Assembly (NCBI RefSeq): GCF_006345805.1
Contig: NC_042998.1
Coordinates: 71,734,001 to 71,798,000 of the forward strand
Reading direction: 5' to 3'
DNA: 64,000 nt
DNA from: Octopus sinensis
Lineage: Eukaryota
Below, piece after piece: positions 1 to 12,034 of this stretch (the first letter of the stretch is position 1; each line of letters begins with the position of its first letter). The notes beneath the pieces are model-generated. The model was not told where the DNA came from. It worked only from the letters and a program-made list of their open reading frames with translations, and searched no databases. A program made the translations under genes and the position numbers.

Positions 1-2137
1 GACATTGTGCTCATTTTGATGGCCGATTCAAACTCCTGAACGACATTTATTAGTTACTTCGAGTGGCTGATGACCTTTGTAAATAATATTAAGACATTCA
101 TACTAATTTTTCCAATTTTTATAATCAACGTAACGTCTTATTTTCGTACCGTACGTTTGGTAGTAATCTAGATACTAGTTACAGTGATAATGCTGCACAT
201 AATTATAGACAGATTTATGGAGTTAGATGTACGCTTAATCTCTTTCTGCCACGCAACGATATCAAATACGACACAATCATGCCATTATTAACATTATTTT
301 AGAACATAGTGCAATGCCCGTTATCAATCAAACATGAATAAAATAATTATCTGTCTGGATAGGTTTTTATATAAATACAGCAGTTGAGTTTTAACCCTAT
401 AATGCGACGCAGCCAATGCCATATTTGCGTTCGAAATGCCCAATGAAATGAAAAGTAATCACTCAAATGACCACTTCATACTAATTGCCGTCCAAAGAAG
501 TTTAGCTAAAACTACAAATAAAGGCTGGATAGAAAGAATAAAAAGCAAAGGTATTGGAAGCGTGAACGAATATCAAATATCCACTGGCCATGGACATAGC
601 GCTTTCAATTAGATCAACACCTTACTCCTATGAATCACTCTAAAAAATATATCCATAATGTATCAGTGAATATAAGAATATCAATGAATATAAGAATATA
701 AATGAGAAGGGGAAATTAAGTGGGAGAATACACTAATAAGTAATGTAAGAAAGCAGAATAAACTTGGGATATACAAAGTTAAAAATGCAAGCGATAACGA
801 TACGGGATGCAAATGGGAATTAAAGAAACTTTCGAAAAAACGTGAAAATTTATAATACAGTTCCGTATTTAAGGGATGAGGAATTATGCACATTATTTAC
901 ATTATTTACATTTGACGGATATTTGTCCACATCTTGTGTGTTGTTAAAACTTAATAATCTAATATATATTGTTTAGTGGATCAAAACACACCTTACTAAT
1001 CTGTCTAGTTTGTATACATTCCTTTTCTTCCCTTGAATTGTGAAGTCATGTCTCTTATTTTTTTCATAAATTTTCCTTCTGTTTTCAAATTCTCACTGAA
1101 ACTATCAATATTATCGTAAAAACTTGAGGCTGAGATACTCGAAAATCAATCGTTCTTTTGAGCCAGCATTTAGATTAGACAATATTAAAAATAATTCATA
1201 ATCTTTGTGCCAGCTTAGATAATTATATACATTTATATACACATATTATTATTGTTTGTTGTGATGACAAGAGGGAACCCTTTAATATTTGCACGAGGAG
1301 AACATCGCTCCCTTCTCTAGCTTTACATGTTACACACTGACTAGAGTTTCTGTCCTCGTCTTTTGCTTTCCTGTATGTATGTATATGTATGTGTGTGCGT
1401 ATACCATTAATAATGATAAGTAAAATGGAGATTTCTTACATTTATGTACGTATATATGTTTGCGGGTGTGTACATGCATGTGTGTGTACGTATCTACGTA
1501 CATATACACATTCTTATAGGTTTGTGTATTACTACTTTTAGAACACAATTATCAATGATCCAGTGGTACCCTACTAGTGCTGATATTTACCTTGGCAGAA
1601 ATATAATTTGATATAGACATTCCTAAAACTAACTCTATATTAAATTTATCTGCAAATTTACAACTTGTGTCACTTCAGGGAACTGGTATAAAGCTAACAA
1701 AGATATCTGAAAAGGTTTAAGCTTGATGCAAAACGCATATTTCCATCTAGATAATATATTTAAGTTTGCCTCTGAGCTGTATTATATTTCGTTTAATGAT
1801 GTATATAAATGGTCTTCATGCATATTTTCTCCTATAATATAATTATTTTTGTGATTTTATTTAATATGTAGTGTAAAATACAATAATAACATACTAGCGT
1901 ATAGGAACTAGTATCCAAGGCGTTATAATATAGAAATTACTGATGAATAAAATGCCTACAATAGCAATTCCAAACGCCAGAATAACATAAAGCCGCCATT
2001 AAAGGCTGAATAACGTATCGAATCAATAAAGCTATATACGAAATATATTTCTTCATTTAAACCTATTGTAAAACAACCCACTCTCTTTGGGAGCAGTAAA
2101 TTCTTATAATGGCCCTAACAGTCTTACGATTATAAAC

Positions 2138-2222
<85 letters not shown>

Positions 2223-2302
2223 GTGTGTATGTATATATATATATATATATGTGTGTGTGTCTGTGTAAATGTATATGTGTATATGTATATATATATATAT
2301 AT

Positions 2303-2380
<78 letters not shown>

Positions 2381-2390
2381 GTGCGTATGC
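2138..2390. repeat. Compound (TA)n/(TG)n/(CA)n microsatellite
   Basis: Direct reading. It accounts for the overlapping poly-YI/CV/HT ORFs at 2063-2508. Confidence 0.95.
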
Positions 2391-5063
2391 TTTTGAGTGT
2401 GTAAATGAATATTATTATACTCAATACATGTGCGTGGAAATTTCTCATATATATACACGTGACTTTCTTTAATACATAGGAATTCTTATAGAATGTTACT
2501 GTTTTCATTTTAGAAATAAAGTGTTGAATGTAATTGCTGTTACAGAAATATTGGAATTTTCATCTTATCCCCGTATAAGTAGGGGCATGTGAACACTGCT
2601 GTATTTTTAAACAACCATCGGGAATTAAGACCTGCATCCTTCATGAAAACTTTTATTTATGTGTAGCTGAAGTAGCAGAGAATTTGCTAGTAATAGCTGT
2701 TGTCTGTTCAGTTATACTTCTCAGTGATACACTTTGGAATTGTTATCATCCAGAAAATAAGTGGATTTGCATTTACTTCAAGCTTACTGTAGTGGGGAAA
2801 GAAATTAAATTGAAATATATCTCAAGTTACTATATTCACATAGTTTTGGAGAAGTCTTGAGAATAACTGAGAATATTCTATAACTATAATATTTTGCTAT
2901 CTTTAAGTATTTTCTACTTTGCTGCATAAACAGAATTCAGGCTCTTGTAAACGTTAACTATGAATCAGTATGTATAAAAGGAATTTTCACAGGAGCGTAA
3001 TATGCATTTTATAAAGTGTGCCAAATATTTTCATTCATGGCTTTTTTTTTCTTGAGGGTACAATCTTCAAGCACCATTAACACATTTTACTTCCCTAAAA
3101 TTAATACCTGTTCTTCCGATATCCTACACATGTGTTACCACATACACATCGCCTTAATCGAATGCATTACGCCCTTGCCACATACAGATATTAGTATTCT
3201 ATATTATTCAAATTCACTGAGTTACAGTGATCATATATAGAAAGGGTACATCCAAGCAAATCTAAGCAGATACTTAGGACGATCTCATCACAAATGCTTT
3301 ACCATTGCAACGAATTTGAAAATCTTAGAATCTTTGAATATCTTTGTGGAGGAACGCACGCCTGGAACATTACTATAATATTATCACAAACGTTAAGTTG
3401 CTACTTTAGATTCAGGAGAGATTTGTTTGAAAATTCAATAAAAACTTACAAAGAAAACGTATCCATTTCAGCTACCGTTCCTGCATTTTGAACAGTGAAG
3501 AAAAATAAAACACTGTAACAGCTTAATACCTCACACAATAAACATAGAATGACAGTACATTCATCAGACCCATACAAATAAATAAAAAACGGTGTCATAC
3601 TTTATACATTTATCCTACTTTCTTTTATAAAATCCACTCTTTCTTTCCGGTTGTCCCAATTCATGTACCTAAGATAACAATTCTGTTCTATTTATGATGA
3701 TATTTTGAGTCGGAATATGAGAACCAGTAGCTTCAGACTGATTTTCAAAAGGAAATTTGAAAGACTATTGGTAATCTACCCCTCTCTGTTCAATAAACCA
3801 TGAAATGTTAGAAGTCAGATTGTTCTGATTTATTAATATATTTGACACATACATAATTAGGTTTGAATTAATCCTTCCCACAACAAACGTTAACTTTATG
3901 CATTAAAGTTATAAGTGGTTATTAAAGAAAGTTAATGGATCGAGAGGTGTGTTAAATCTCAAATCAAGAAAAAGATTTTGCGTTTTTACGATTTTTTTAA
4001 CGAAATTTTTCAAGATATAATATTGATTTTGATATATGAGCCATCAGACAATCAAAGGAAATTATTTTTTGTCCAATAATAAATCAAATCTTTGTAAACG
4101 AGACGGCCATAAAGATTGTCTGATCCTTTTAATCAACAAATTTAGTTCATTATGTACAATATTCTCAGATGTATTCTAGATGAAGAGTAATGGTTTCTCA
4201 AAAGAGAACTCACATTAACTTGTTATATCAATGGTTTACGAATGTGCACGACTGATTAACTTGATTAGGTAGGGAGATGTGGCAGGAGGTGGAATGGTAA
4301 ATGATCCATACCTTCTAATGTGATTCTTCGATCTTGTTCCTGTTTCGCTTCTAACTTTCGAAACACTCCTTCATTTGATAGATAGAAGGTACACATTAAA
4401 ACACTCTTTAATATATTTTGCATGGAACTCGTACATGGGTTGAAATAAGTTATATCTTTAGATTAAATTACGCGATAAAATATTTCTTTACATTTATCAA
4501 AAAAGGTTTAATTTGAATATTTCAAATGTAATTATTTGATTGACTTATTTCACCTGTCCAAATGTATGCAAAGCAGCCAAAAATTACGGGAAGTACGCAT
4601 CCACGTTTTAAAATATGAATCAAATGGATTGATTGTTATTTAGCAATGCCTCACTCAGCATATTCTTTAAAATAAAAAAGGACATCAAAAACAAAAATCG
4701 ACAGGGATCAGAGATATATATAAATAAATGTAACTAAGGTAAGGTTCGTCGTTAGCTTCAACAAAGAATTTGATGCAATTAGTTATGTGAAATTTGAAAA
4801 ACGGATGATGAATGTATAATTTTTTTTTGTCATGTCAGAAAATTGTTTGGTACGCATTCTTAAAATCAAATTAAATGTGAATTTAAATTTTTGAATTAAA
4901 GAAGTGTGATGCCATATATTTTCAATTCGAGAGGATTAAGTTTTAATGCGATGACTTTACGAGAAAACATTATCCTTTCTAATTATTTCTGTCACCTCTA
5001 GTTACTTCACAGAATTCACTTGACTGAGTAACGTGGTCTAGTGCAATATAAATATAAATACAC

Positions 5064-5474
5064 AGGGCGGCGAGTTGGCGGAATCGTTAGCACGCTGGGT
5101 GAATGCTTGGCGGTATTTCATGTGCCGTTACGTTCTGAGTTCAAATTCCGCCGAGGTCGACTTTGACTTTCATTCTTTCGGGGTCGATAAATTAAGGAGC
5201 AGTTACGCACTAGGGTCGATATAATCGACTTAATCCGTTGGTCTGTCCTTGTTTGTCCCCTCTGTGTTTAGCCCCTTGTGGATAGTAAAAAATAGGTATT
5301 TCATATGCCGCTATTTCGTTCTGAGTTCAAATTCCGCCAAGCACGAATTTGCCTCTTCTCCTTTCGGGGACGATTAAACATGTACCAGTTACGCACTAGG
5401 GTCAATGTAACCAACTTAATTTCTATGTCTTGTTTGTCCCCTCTATGTTTAGCCCCTGTGGGTAATAAAGAAAT
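5064..5474 (+). mobile_element. tRNA-derived octopus-type SINE, dimeric (full monomer about 5064-5294, headless second monomer about 5295-5474)
   Basis: A-box-like TGGCGGAATCGTTAG and B-box GAGTTCAAATTCC. The body (GGGGTCGATAAATTAA...TTTGTCCCCTCT..GTTTAGCCCC) occurs twice here and again in reverse at 43113-43340. Confidence 0.85.
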
Positions 5475-6130
5475 GAATATCAGTTTAACTACACTTAGTA
5501 TAACAAAATTTCCACACACACATATACATATATAAATACAATTGAAAACGAAGAAGAGAGTTGTGATTTATACACATCCAAAACTTTTTTTAAAATGTCT
5601 TCTACAGCGTATATAACAATGATCAATATATGTTTCTACTGTAGCAAATGCACATTGTTCTGTATGCAATTATGCATCCTCATCGGTGCAATTTCCTCCA
5701 GGGTCAGTCACCTAATTACACGATTTCCTTACATTTATCGAAAATAATTTAATTTGAATATTTCAAATGTAAATATTTGATTGACGTATTTCACCTGTCC
5801 AAATGTAGGCAGCATCTTGGTAAAACAGCTCCTAGAGTACTTACGGGAGGTACGCACCTTGGTTTTAAAAACACTTATGCACACACTCACCCCCTCACAC
5901 ACACACACACACACGCATTCGAGATAAATTTGATATTTTGCATAAAAGGTAAACAAAACACATTATCACATCTGCCAATTAATGTATTCTAAGCAAAAAA
6001 AAAAAGAAGAAAATATCCACCAGATTAAGATAATATCCACCAGATTAAGGAGATGAGATAATAGCTTATTCAAACAGCCGTTCTCAGCTTCCACCACGGC
6101 CTTCAGACGACTCTGAAATCTAGCATATAC

Positions 6131-7568
6131 CTTCCTCACTACATACTAGGAAGCTTCTTGAACACCTCTTCGATTTTAGTCATCAGCTCGACTTCAACGT
6201 TGTAGGCAGTTTGGTTGATGTATTTCTCATCAGTGTCTCTCACATAGTAATATATGGGATTATAGAGAGGTGAAATAAGAAGACAGAAATTGGTGTTTGT
6301 GGAGTTGTAGAAATTCTCTGACAGCCACCTGTGGTCTTTCTGCAGGTATGACAAGTAGCCCGAATCCTGCTACCGTGCACATATATTCTTCCAGCAGCAA
6401 CCATCTCTAGGATTGATCAATGACTCCAGCACTTAACTGTCTGAATTGAGCCTAAAAACTTCTTCGAATTAGTTAATAGGCTTTGATATATTTTTTTTCC
6501 TTAAATGTTTCCCCAATTTCTAGCACAACAATAACAAACAAGTTGCAAATGAATTCAAGTTGAAGCAAAAATTGATTACATTTAATTATTATCCACAGCA
6601 GTTTTACCTAGCGAGGCAATGCTTGGAAAATGACCTCCATAAAAAAGAAGGCTTCCTCCAGATGCACTCCAAGACGTCAATGTCCGTAGCTGCATCCCTA
6701 TTTCAGATGCGTTTGCAGTACTCCAATAATCTCTCATTTAGGCCTCCTAGAATATCAGAAGTCATTCGGGCTCTAAATATCTTCAGGTAAGGTTCAGTAT
6801 GGGAGCGTCTTTTTGGACTTTATTAAAGTAATCTTTGTTGTTGGAGGGCGTGTGTAGTGCTGTACTCTTTTTCTTGTATGCATAGCATTTCACATATTTC
6901 CTGTTAAAATAAAAACAAGATTGGCTTGCATTAAATAGAGAATTCGTTCAAGGTCTGTTAATGTAATCGATGTAGCATTGGTAAGGGTGTCTAAGTAGCG
7001 TGTGGATATTGCATTGTTGCAGAAGATTAGGAAGGACAGAAGGGTCAGGTGATTACAACAAGAGGAACAATTTTCGATGTAGCGGCTAGTTGGGCGACAA
7101 TCATTATTGTTGAGAGTTGAAACATAAGGAACAAGACAATCTGATAATAGAGCAGTGAAACGTTATCGATAAATATTACAATGTTGCAATTAGTTCGAAA
7201 GCTGCGGATTCAGAGAATGAGAGACACGGGAAGCGTTTAGGTAGGAACGTTTGATAGGCCATCTGCATGGCTGATTCCCAGAGCAAACTGTCTTTCCTAA
7301 AATGTCTATAAAACGCGATTTCATAGTGAGTGACGGTAATAGAGTAGGTTTCCAATGGCTCTGAAAAACCGTACGGATGTTCATTACGAGAAAGTAGCAC
7401 GTGCAGAGATAGATTTAAGGTATTTTAAAGTATATCTTCATTGATTTGGAGACCTTAAACTTCAGATCACTATGGAGAACGATTGCTGGGCCCGTGACCG
7501 TGCTTTACGTTGGGATGGAACAAACCATGCAAATATGGTTTCACTTTTGAAAGATAATATTCAGTCAA
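6131..7568 (-). pseudogene. Decayed spliced protein-coding gene; exon-like blocks 7568-6608 and 6451-6131
   Basis: Non-repetitive and GC-elevated. AG acceptors at 7570-7569, 6902-6901 and 6453-6452; GT donors at 6607-6606 and 6130-6129. Blocks 6900-6608 and 6451-6131 splice in phase into one frame (EICEMLCIQEKEY...PYLKIFRARM...DIDVLECIWRKP...R/LNSDS*VLESLINPRDG...KIEEVFKKLPSM) interrupted by 7 nonsense codons. Product not identified. Confidence 0.6.
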
Positions 7569-8481
7569 CTGAAAATAACGTACAATAAAAATGGCAATGT
7601 CTACCACAATTTCATGTAAAAATGAAGCATCAATAGTTTCTCTCATATAACGATTTTTCTGATGTCTTCTTTTTGCATTTATGGCCAGCCATATCAGTTA
7701 TATTACTTTTCACGGTAGTCTCTCAGGCATCGTAAATATATAAAATAATCACACAATACAAGTTATGGACTATTTTATGATACAGGCATCTCAACATGTA
7801 AAGTAAAGTGTACAGAGTTATTAAGTACAAAATAAGATCAAAAGTGTATACATAAAATAATCAAAATATTTTGTACTCTACTAACATACAGTTATTAGAC
7901 GAATCGAGGATTTGCATTCTATACAATGCACACTATTCATTACTGCAGAGGATTTGTATACATTTCATAAAATATTTGTTCTGAAAGCTTCCGCTGATCC
8001 TGGAAATTAAAATTAGTGTTTACCAGAAATATTAGTTAATTAACTAAACAAAATCATATAAAATATATTTGAAATGTTAAAATTAATACCGCCTTATATG
8101 ATATTCGTAGGATTATCAAGTTATAATTTGGTTTTCAAATATAATAAAGTTATACATGAATCCTAACGCAAATAATCAATAAGCTACGTCACAAATATAG
8201 AACTAAAAACTTATCAGCATCTGAAAATGGATTTTCAACAAGGTATATTCAAGTAATACAAATGCGACTGTACTGTTAAAACTTTTTCAGAGAACAATTA
8301 AATTGCAATAGATCATTGAACAAAATTTTATCACATACCATGATTACACATCAAATTTCTGCATGCACACAAGCACATGTCTATATATATATATAATGTG
8401 TTAGGTGTGATGTACAGAAATTAAATGTTGAGAAAAAAACGTCGTCAGTATTTTGGAGAAAATTCATTTGTATTTCTTCAT

Positions 8482-8525
8482 TATTATTAGCGCTTTCGTT
8501 CGTTTCACGAACTCGTCAAGTAATA
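8482..8525 (-). ncRNA. Degenerate minimal hammerhead motif
   Basis: Minus strand reads TATTAC-TTGACGA-GTTCG(TGAAA)CGAAC-GAA-AGCGCT-A-ATAATA. Stem II is a perfect 5 bp and stem III is the palindrome AGCGCT. U3.G8 wobble; first stem I pair mismatched. Confidence 0.45.
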
Positions 8526-8981
8526 TTTTGTGAATGTACAAACAAACTTGTTCATTTATATGAAACCTGTTTTGGGGATTTTGTTTAGAAGAGAACATTG
8601 CTTTTGTGTTGTTTTTTGTGGGAGGGTGAGGTTCCATGACAATTGAGATGGATAGATAGAAATAATCCTACATAGTTAGGCTGACAGATAGATAGATTGA
8701 TAGATAGATAGAGGGAGAGGGAGAGAGAGAAGATGGCGCCCCCCTTCCTATTCACCATTCATTTATTTACTTAGTTATTAACCAGAGTGTCATCGCTGAG
8801 AGTCTTTTTGCTTTCTTTCTCTCTTCCTCTTTACTTCATTTTTCTCTCTTTATTTTTCTCCTCTTTGTGGTATATTTAGAATACAAAATGTACTATCACC
8901 TCTTTTCCTTTTTTTAAACATTCAATTTTGGAGAGAAAATTTTGATGAAATATAGTTCTGCATGTAAAAATCATTAGTGTA

Positions 8982-9045
<64 letters not shown>

Positions 9046-9048
<3 letters not shown>

Positions 9049-9166
9049 TTTGATCGGCCTGTGGGTATAATAGAAACACGTGTCTAAGGTGCTACTCAGC
9101 AGGACTGGAACTGGAACCACGTGGTTTGAAAGCAAGCTTCTTACCAAACAACCACCCCTGCGTCTA
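9046..9166 (-). mobile_element. 5' head fragment of a second tRNA-derived octopus SINE family
   Basis: Reverse strand GCAGGGGTGGTTGTTTGGTAAGAAGCTTGC...GTGGTTCCAGTTCCAGTCC...GCACCTTAGACACGTG resembles a Pol III A/B-box SINE head as I recall the family. Confidence 0.65.
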
Positions 9167-9218
9167 TAAGATATACCTGTGTCTATAGCCTCTCCTACGC
9201 TTCACACACACACACACA

Positions 9219-9282
<64 letters not shown>

Positions 9283-9286
<4 letters not shown>

Positions 9287-9503
9287 AATTGCAGCGTGGA
9301 AGGTGTTTATAAGTCATTTAAGAAACACACAAAAACCGTTAGATTCATTTCAACATTTAAATTTAATTTGTCAAAATATTTTCGTCGCTTTGAGACCGCG
9401 ACCTGTTCACTGACAAATACAGCATAAAGTTTTGTCAGTGAATCTAACGCTTTTTGTGCGTTTCTTAAATGGCTTATACACAACTTCCACGCTGCAATTG
9501 TTT
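9283..9503. mobile_element. Fold-back element with 65-bp inverted arms (9283-9347 and 9439-9503, 5 mismatches), next to (TA)n
   Basis: The arms align directly as reverse complements; the spacer holds an HHR-like motif. Confidence 0.8.
9367..9417 (-). ncRNA. Hammerhead-like motif with G3-C8 core (GUGAACA)
   Basis: TTTGTCA-GTGAACA-G-GTCGC(GGTCTCAAA)GCGAC-GAA-AATATT-T-TGACAAA: 7-bp stem I, 5-bp stem II, palindromic stem III, one extra nt after A9, U at position 17. Confidence 0.55.
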
Positions 9504-9576
9504 TCGTCCCAGCACACGATCTCAGATCAAGTCACTTGGTATGCAAGTACATCTCCGTAATATATATATACATATA

Positions 9577-9615
9577 TATTTGAAAAATCCACCAAAATGG
9601 ACGAAAGTGCTAATA
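9577..9615 (+). ncRNA. Weak degenerate hammerhead-like motif (U3-A8 type)
   Basis: TAT-TTGAAAA-ATCC(ACCAAAAT)GGAC-GAA-AGTGCT-A-ATA. Stem I is only 3 bp and the 10.1-11.1 pair is mismatched. Confidence 0.3.
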
Positions 9616-9741
9616 CCTGATATATGATATAAGTTATATGATCCAAATAAATATCTGTAACTATAAAACCTTCCGAATTTCTGAGTACCTCATTTCATCT
9701 AATATAAAATACTTGTACATCATCTCCAAACCTTCTAAGAT

Positions 9742-9796
<55 letters not shown>

Positions 9797-10072
9797 TTAA
9801 TAAGGGTGAGAGAATTAGATACTAATTTAATAGTATATTTATTCAACACCAAGTGGCCTAGTGCTACGAGAAACCTGGATTATTATAATATTTTATAACA
9901 TATTACAATACTTTTACAAAACAAATATAAGAGAGTGGTCAATATATTGCTCACTCTAGCACCAGTTAATCCAAAAGGTTTCAACCACGAAGATACATGT
10001 TTCCATGAAAGCCAGTACGACTGTTAGCTCACACGGACAGGGCAAGTAAAAAATAACAAAAAACAGATTATT

Positions 10073-10150
10073 TTGGGACAATTGTTTCGCCATTAATGAA
10101 TTAAATGTAATATTACTTACAAAAAAATCCATTTGTAGCTCGTCAGCCAA
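10073..10150 (-). ncRNA. Type I minimal hammerhead ribozyme (unit 1)
   Basis: TTGG-CTGACGA-GCTA(long loop)TGGC-GAA-ACAATTGT-C-CCAA: canonical core, GUC cleavage triplet, 8-nt palindromic stem III. Confidence 0.75.
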
Positions 10151-10607
10151 GACTATCTGGATGAAATCCACTCAATCACACGCCAGATTTTACCATAACG
10201 ATAAATACGCGTGTGGTTCAATTGATTCCATCCGACGTTATAATTCAAATGCCCCAACCAACAGCGCGCCAAACTCTCACGGAAAACAAATACAGCATTT
10301 AGAAATAAATGCAGCATAATTATAATTAATTAATAAGGGTGAGAGAATTAGATACTAATTTAATAGTATATTTATTCAACACCAAGTGGCCTAGTGCTAC
10401 GAGAAACCTGGATTATTATAATATTTTATAACATATTACAATACTTTTACAAACCAAATATAAGAGAGTGGTCAATATATTGCTCACTCTAGCACCAGTT
10501 AATCCAAAAGGTTTCAACCACGAAGATACATGTTTCCCATGAAAGCCAGTACGACTGTTAGCTCACACGGACAGGGCAAGTAAAAAATAACAAAAATACA
10601 GATTATT

Positions 10608-10685
10608 TTGGGACAATTGTTTCGCTATTAATGAATTAAATGTAATATTTCTTACAAAAAAATCCATTTGTAGCTCGTCAGCCAA
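10608..10685 (-). ncRNA. Type I minimal hammerhead ribozyme (unit 2)
   Basis: Same motif with perfect stem II GCTA/TAGC. Confidence 0.8.
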
Positions 10686-11021
10686 GACTATCTGGATGAA
10701 ATCCACTCAATCACACGCCAGATTTTACCATAACGATAAATACGCGTGTGGTTCAATTGATTCCATCCGACGTTATAATTCAAATGCCCCAACCAACAGC
10801 GCGCCAAACTCTCACGGAAAACAAATACAGCATTTAGAAATAATGCAGCATAATTATAATTAATTAATAAGGGTGAGAGAATTAGATACTAATTTAATAG
10901 TATATTTATTCAACACCAAGTGGCCTAGTGCTACGAGAAACCTGGATTATTATAATATTATAACGTCGGATGGAATCAATTGAACCACACGTGTGATTGA
11001 GTGGATTTCATCCAGATAGTC

Positions 11022-11099
11022 TTGGCTGACGAGCTACAAATGGATTTTTTTGTAAGTAATATTACATTTAATTCATTAATAGCGAAACAATTGTCCCAA
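11022..11099 (+). ncRNA. Type I minimal hammerhead ribozyme (inverted copy); predicted cleavage after C11095
   Basis: TTGG 11022-25, CTGACGA 11026-32, GCTA 11033-36, 43-nt loop, TAGC 11080-83, GAAA 11084-87, CAATTG, TC 11094-95, CCAA 11096-99. Confidence 0.8.
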
Positions 11100-11255
11100 A
11101 ATAATCTGTATTTTTGTTATTTTTTACTTGCCCTGTCCGTGTGAGCTAACAGTCGTACTGGCTTTCATGGGAAACATGTATCTTCGTGGTTGAAACCTTT
11201 TGGATTAACTGGTGCTAGAGTGAGCAATATATTGACCACTCTCTTATATTTGTTT

Positions 11256-11289
<34 letters not shown>

Positions 11290-11455
11290 TAGTTATCGCC
11301 ATACTAATATGGTAGTCTATAAATATAAGACTAAAGCTGTCGCTGATTAGCTCCAAGAGGCCATCGCCTCTAGCTAGCTATATGACACACGAACCTGCGT
11401 CCATTACAACCTTTGAACAGGGGAGGTCAGCCGCTTCACCTTGCTAGTCAGACAT

Positions 11456-11496
11456 CTGCAGACATGTTTCAGGGTTGTTGCCGTTTATCAATGCAG
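11456..11496 (-). ncRNA. Hammerhead variant with U3-A8 core (UUGAUAA)
   Basis: CTGCA-TTGATAA-ACGG(CAACAA)CCCT-GAA-ACATGT-C-TGCAG: 5-bp stem I, palindromic stem III, GUC site. Confidence 0.65.
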
Positions 11497-11769
11497 CGAA
11501 GTCAGACACGTAGGTGTCGCTACTAACCCTCTGTTCGAAGATTTTATTTACCTAGTTACAGTGGAATACATCCACTTTTCAATAATAGTAATATTAAAAT
11601 TACTAAGTCTCTCTGAAGGAGATTACGGCAGCGTTACTGGATATTAATAGTTATCGCCATACTAATATGGTAGTCTATAAATATAAGACTAAAGCTGTCG
11701 CTGATTAGCTCCACTAGGCCATCGCCTCTAGCTAGTTACATGACACACGAACCTGCGGGTCTGACTACG

Positions 11770-11810
11770 CTGCATTGATAAAGAGCAACAACCCTGAAAC
11801 ATGTCTGCAG
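11770..11810 (+). ncRNA. Hammerhead variant with U3-A8 core (inverted copy)
   Basis: CTGCA-TTGATAA-AGAG(CAACAA)CCCT-GAA-ACATGT-C-TGCAG. The two copies imply an ancestral stem II AGGG/CCCT. Confidence 0.65.
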
Positions 11811-11964
11811 ATATCTGACTAGCAAGGTGAAGCAGCTGACCTCCCCTGTTCGAAGGTTGTAATGGACGCAGGTTCGTGTGTCATATAGCTAGCTAGAGGC
11901 GATGGCCTCTTGGAGCTAATCAGCGACAGCTTTAGTAATTTTAATATTTCTACTATATATATAT

Positions 11965-12034
<70 letters not shown>

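Larger units (their letters stand above)
9793..11258. mobile_element. HHR-bearing tandem repeat (2.2 units of 533-534 bp) plus inverted partial copy (about 10959-11258); Penelope pLTR/retrozyme-like
   Basis: TAAGGGTGAG recurs at 9801, 10334 and 10868. 10959-11258 is the reverse complement of the unit interior. (TA)n on both sides. Confidence 0.85.
11285..11953. mobile_element. Second HHR-bearing element: 358-bp unit, partial repeat, then inverted copy (about 11759-11953)
   Basis: ATTAATAGTTATCGCC at 11285 and 11643. 11760-11935 is the reverse complement of about 11326-11505. (TA)n on both sides. Confidence 0.85.

Noticed and set aside
661-910. Short tandem duplications (about 18 bp at 661-700, 10 bp at 891-910; also 20 bp at 6011-6050)
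   Set aside because: Ordinary replication-slippage products.
4312-4370. Exon-like piece on the minus strand (VFRKLEAKQEQDRRITLE, AAG|GTATGG donor)
   Set aside because: The acceptor is weak, and the protein-like frame is out of phase with the pseudogene's preceding exon. Too short to support.
5064-5160. tRNA gene
   Set aside because: A/B boxes are present but I see no cloverleaf, and the sequence runs into a repeated SINE body.
6131-6900. Rescue of the stop codons by A-to-I editing (stop to Trp)
   Set aside because: Seven stops, including adjacent pairs, would all need editing. Ordinary decay is far more parsimonious and there is no transcript evidence.
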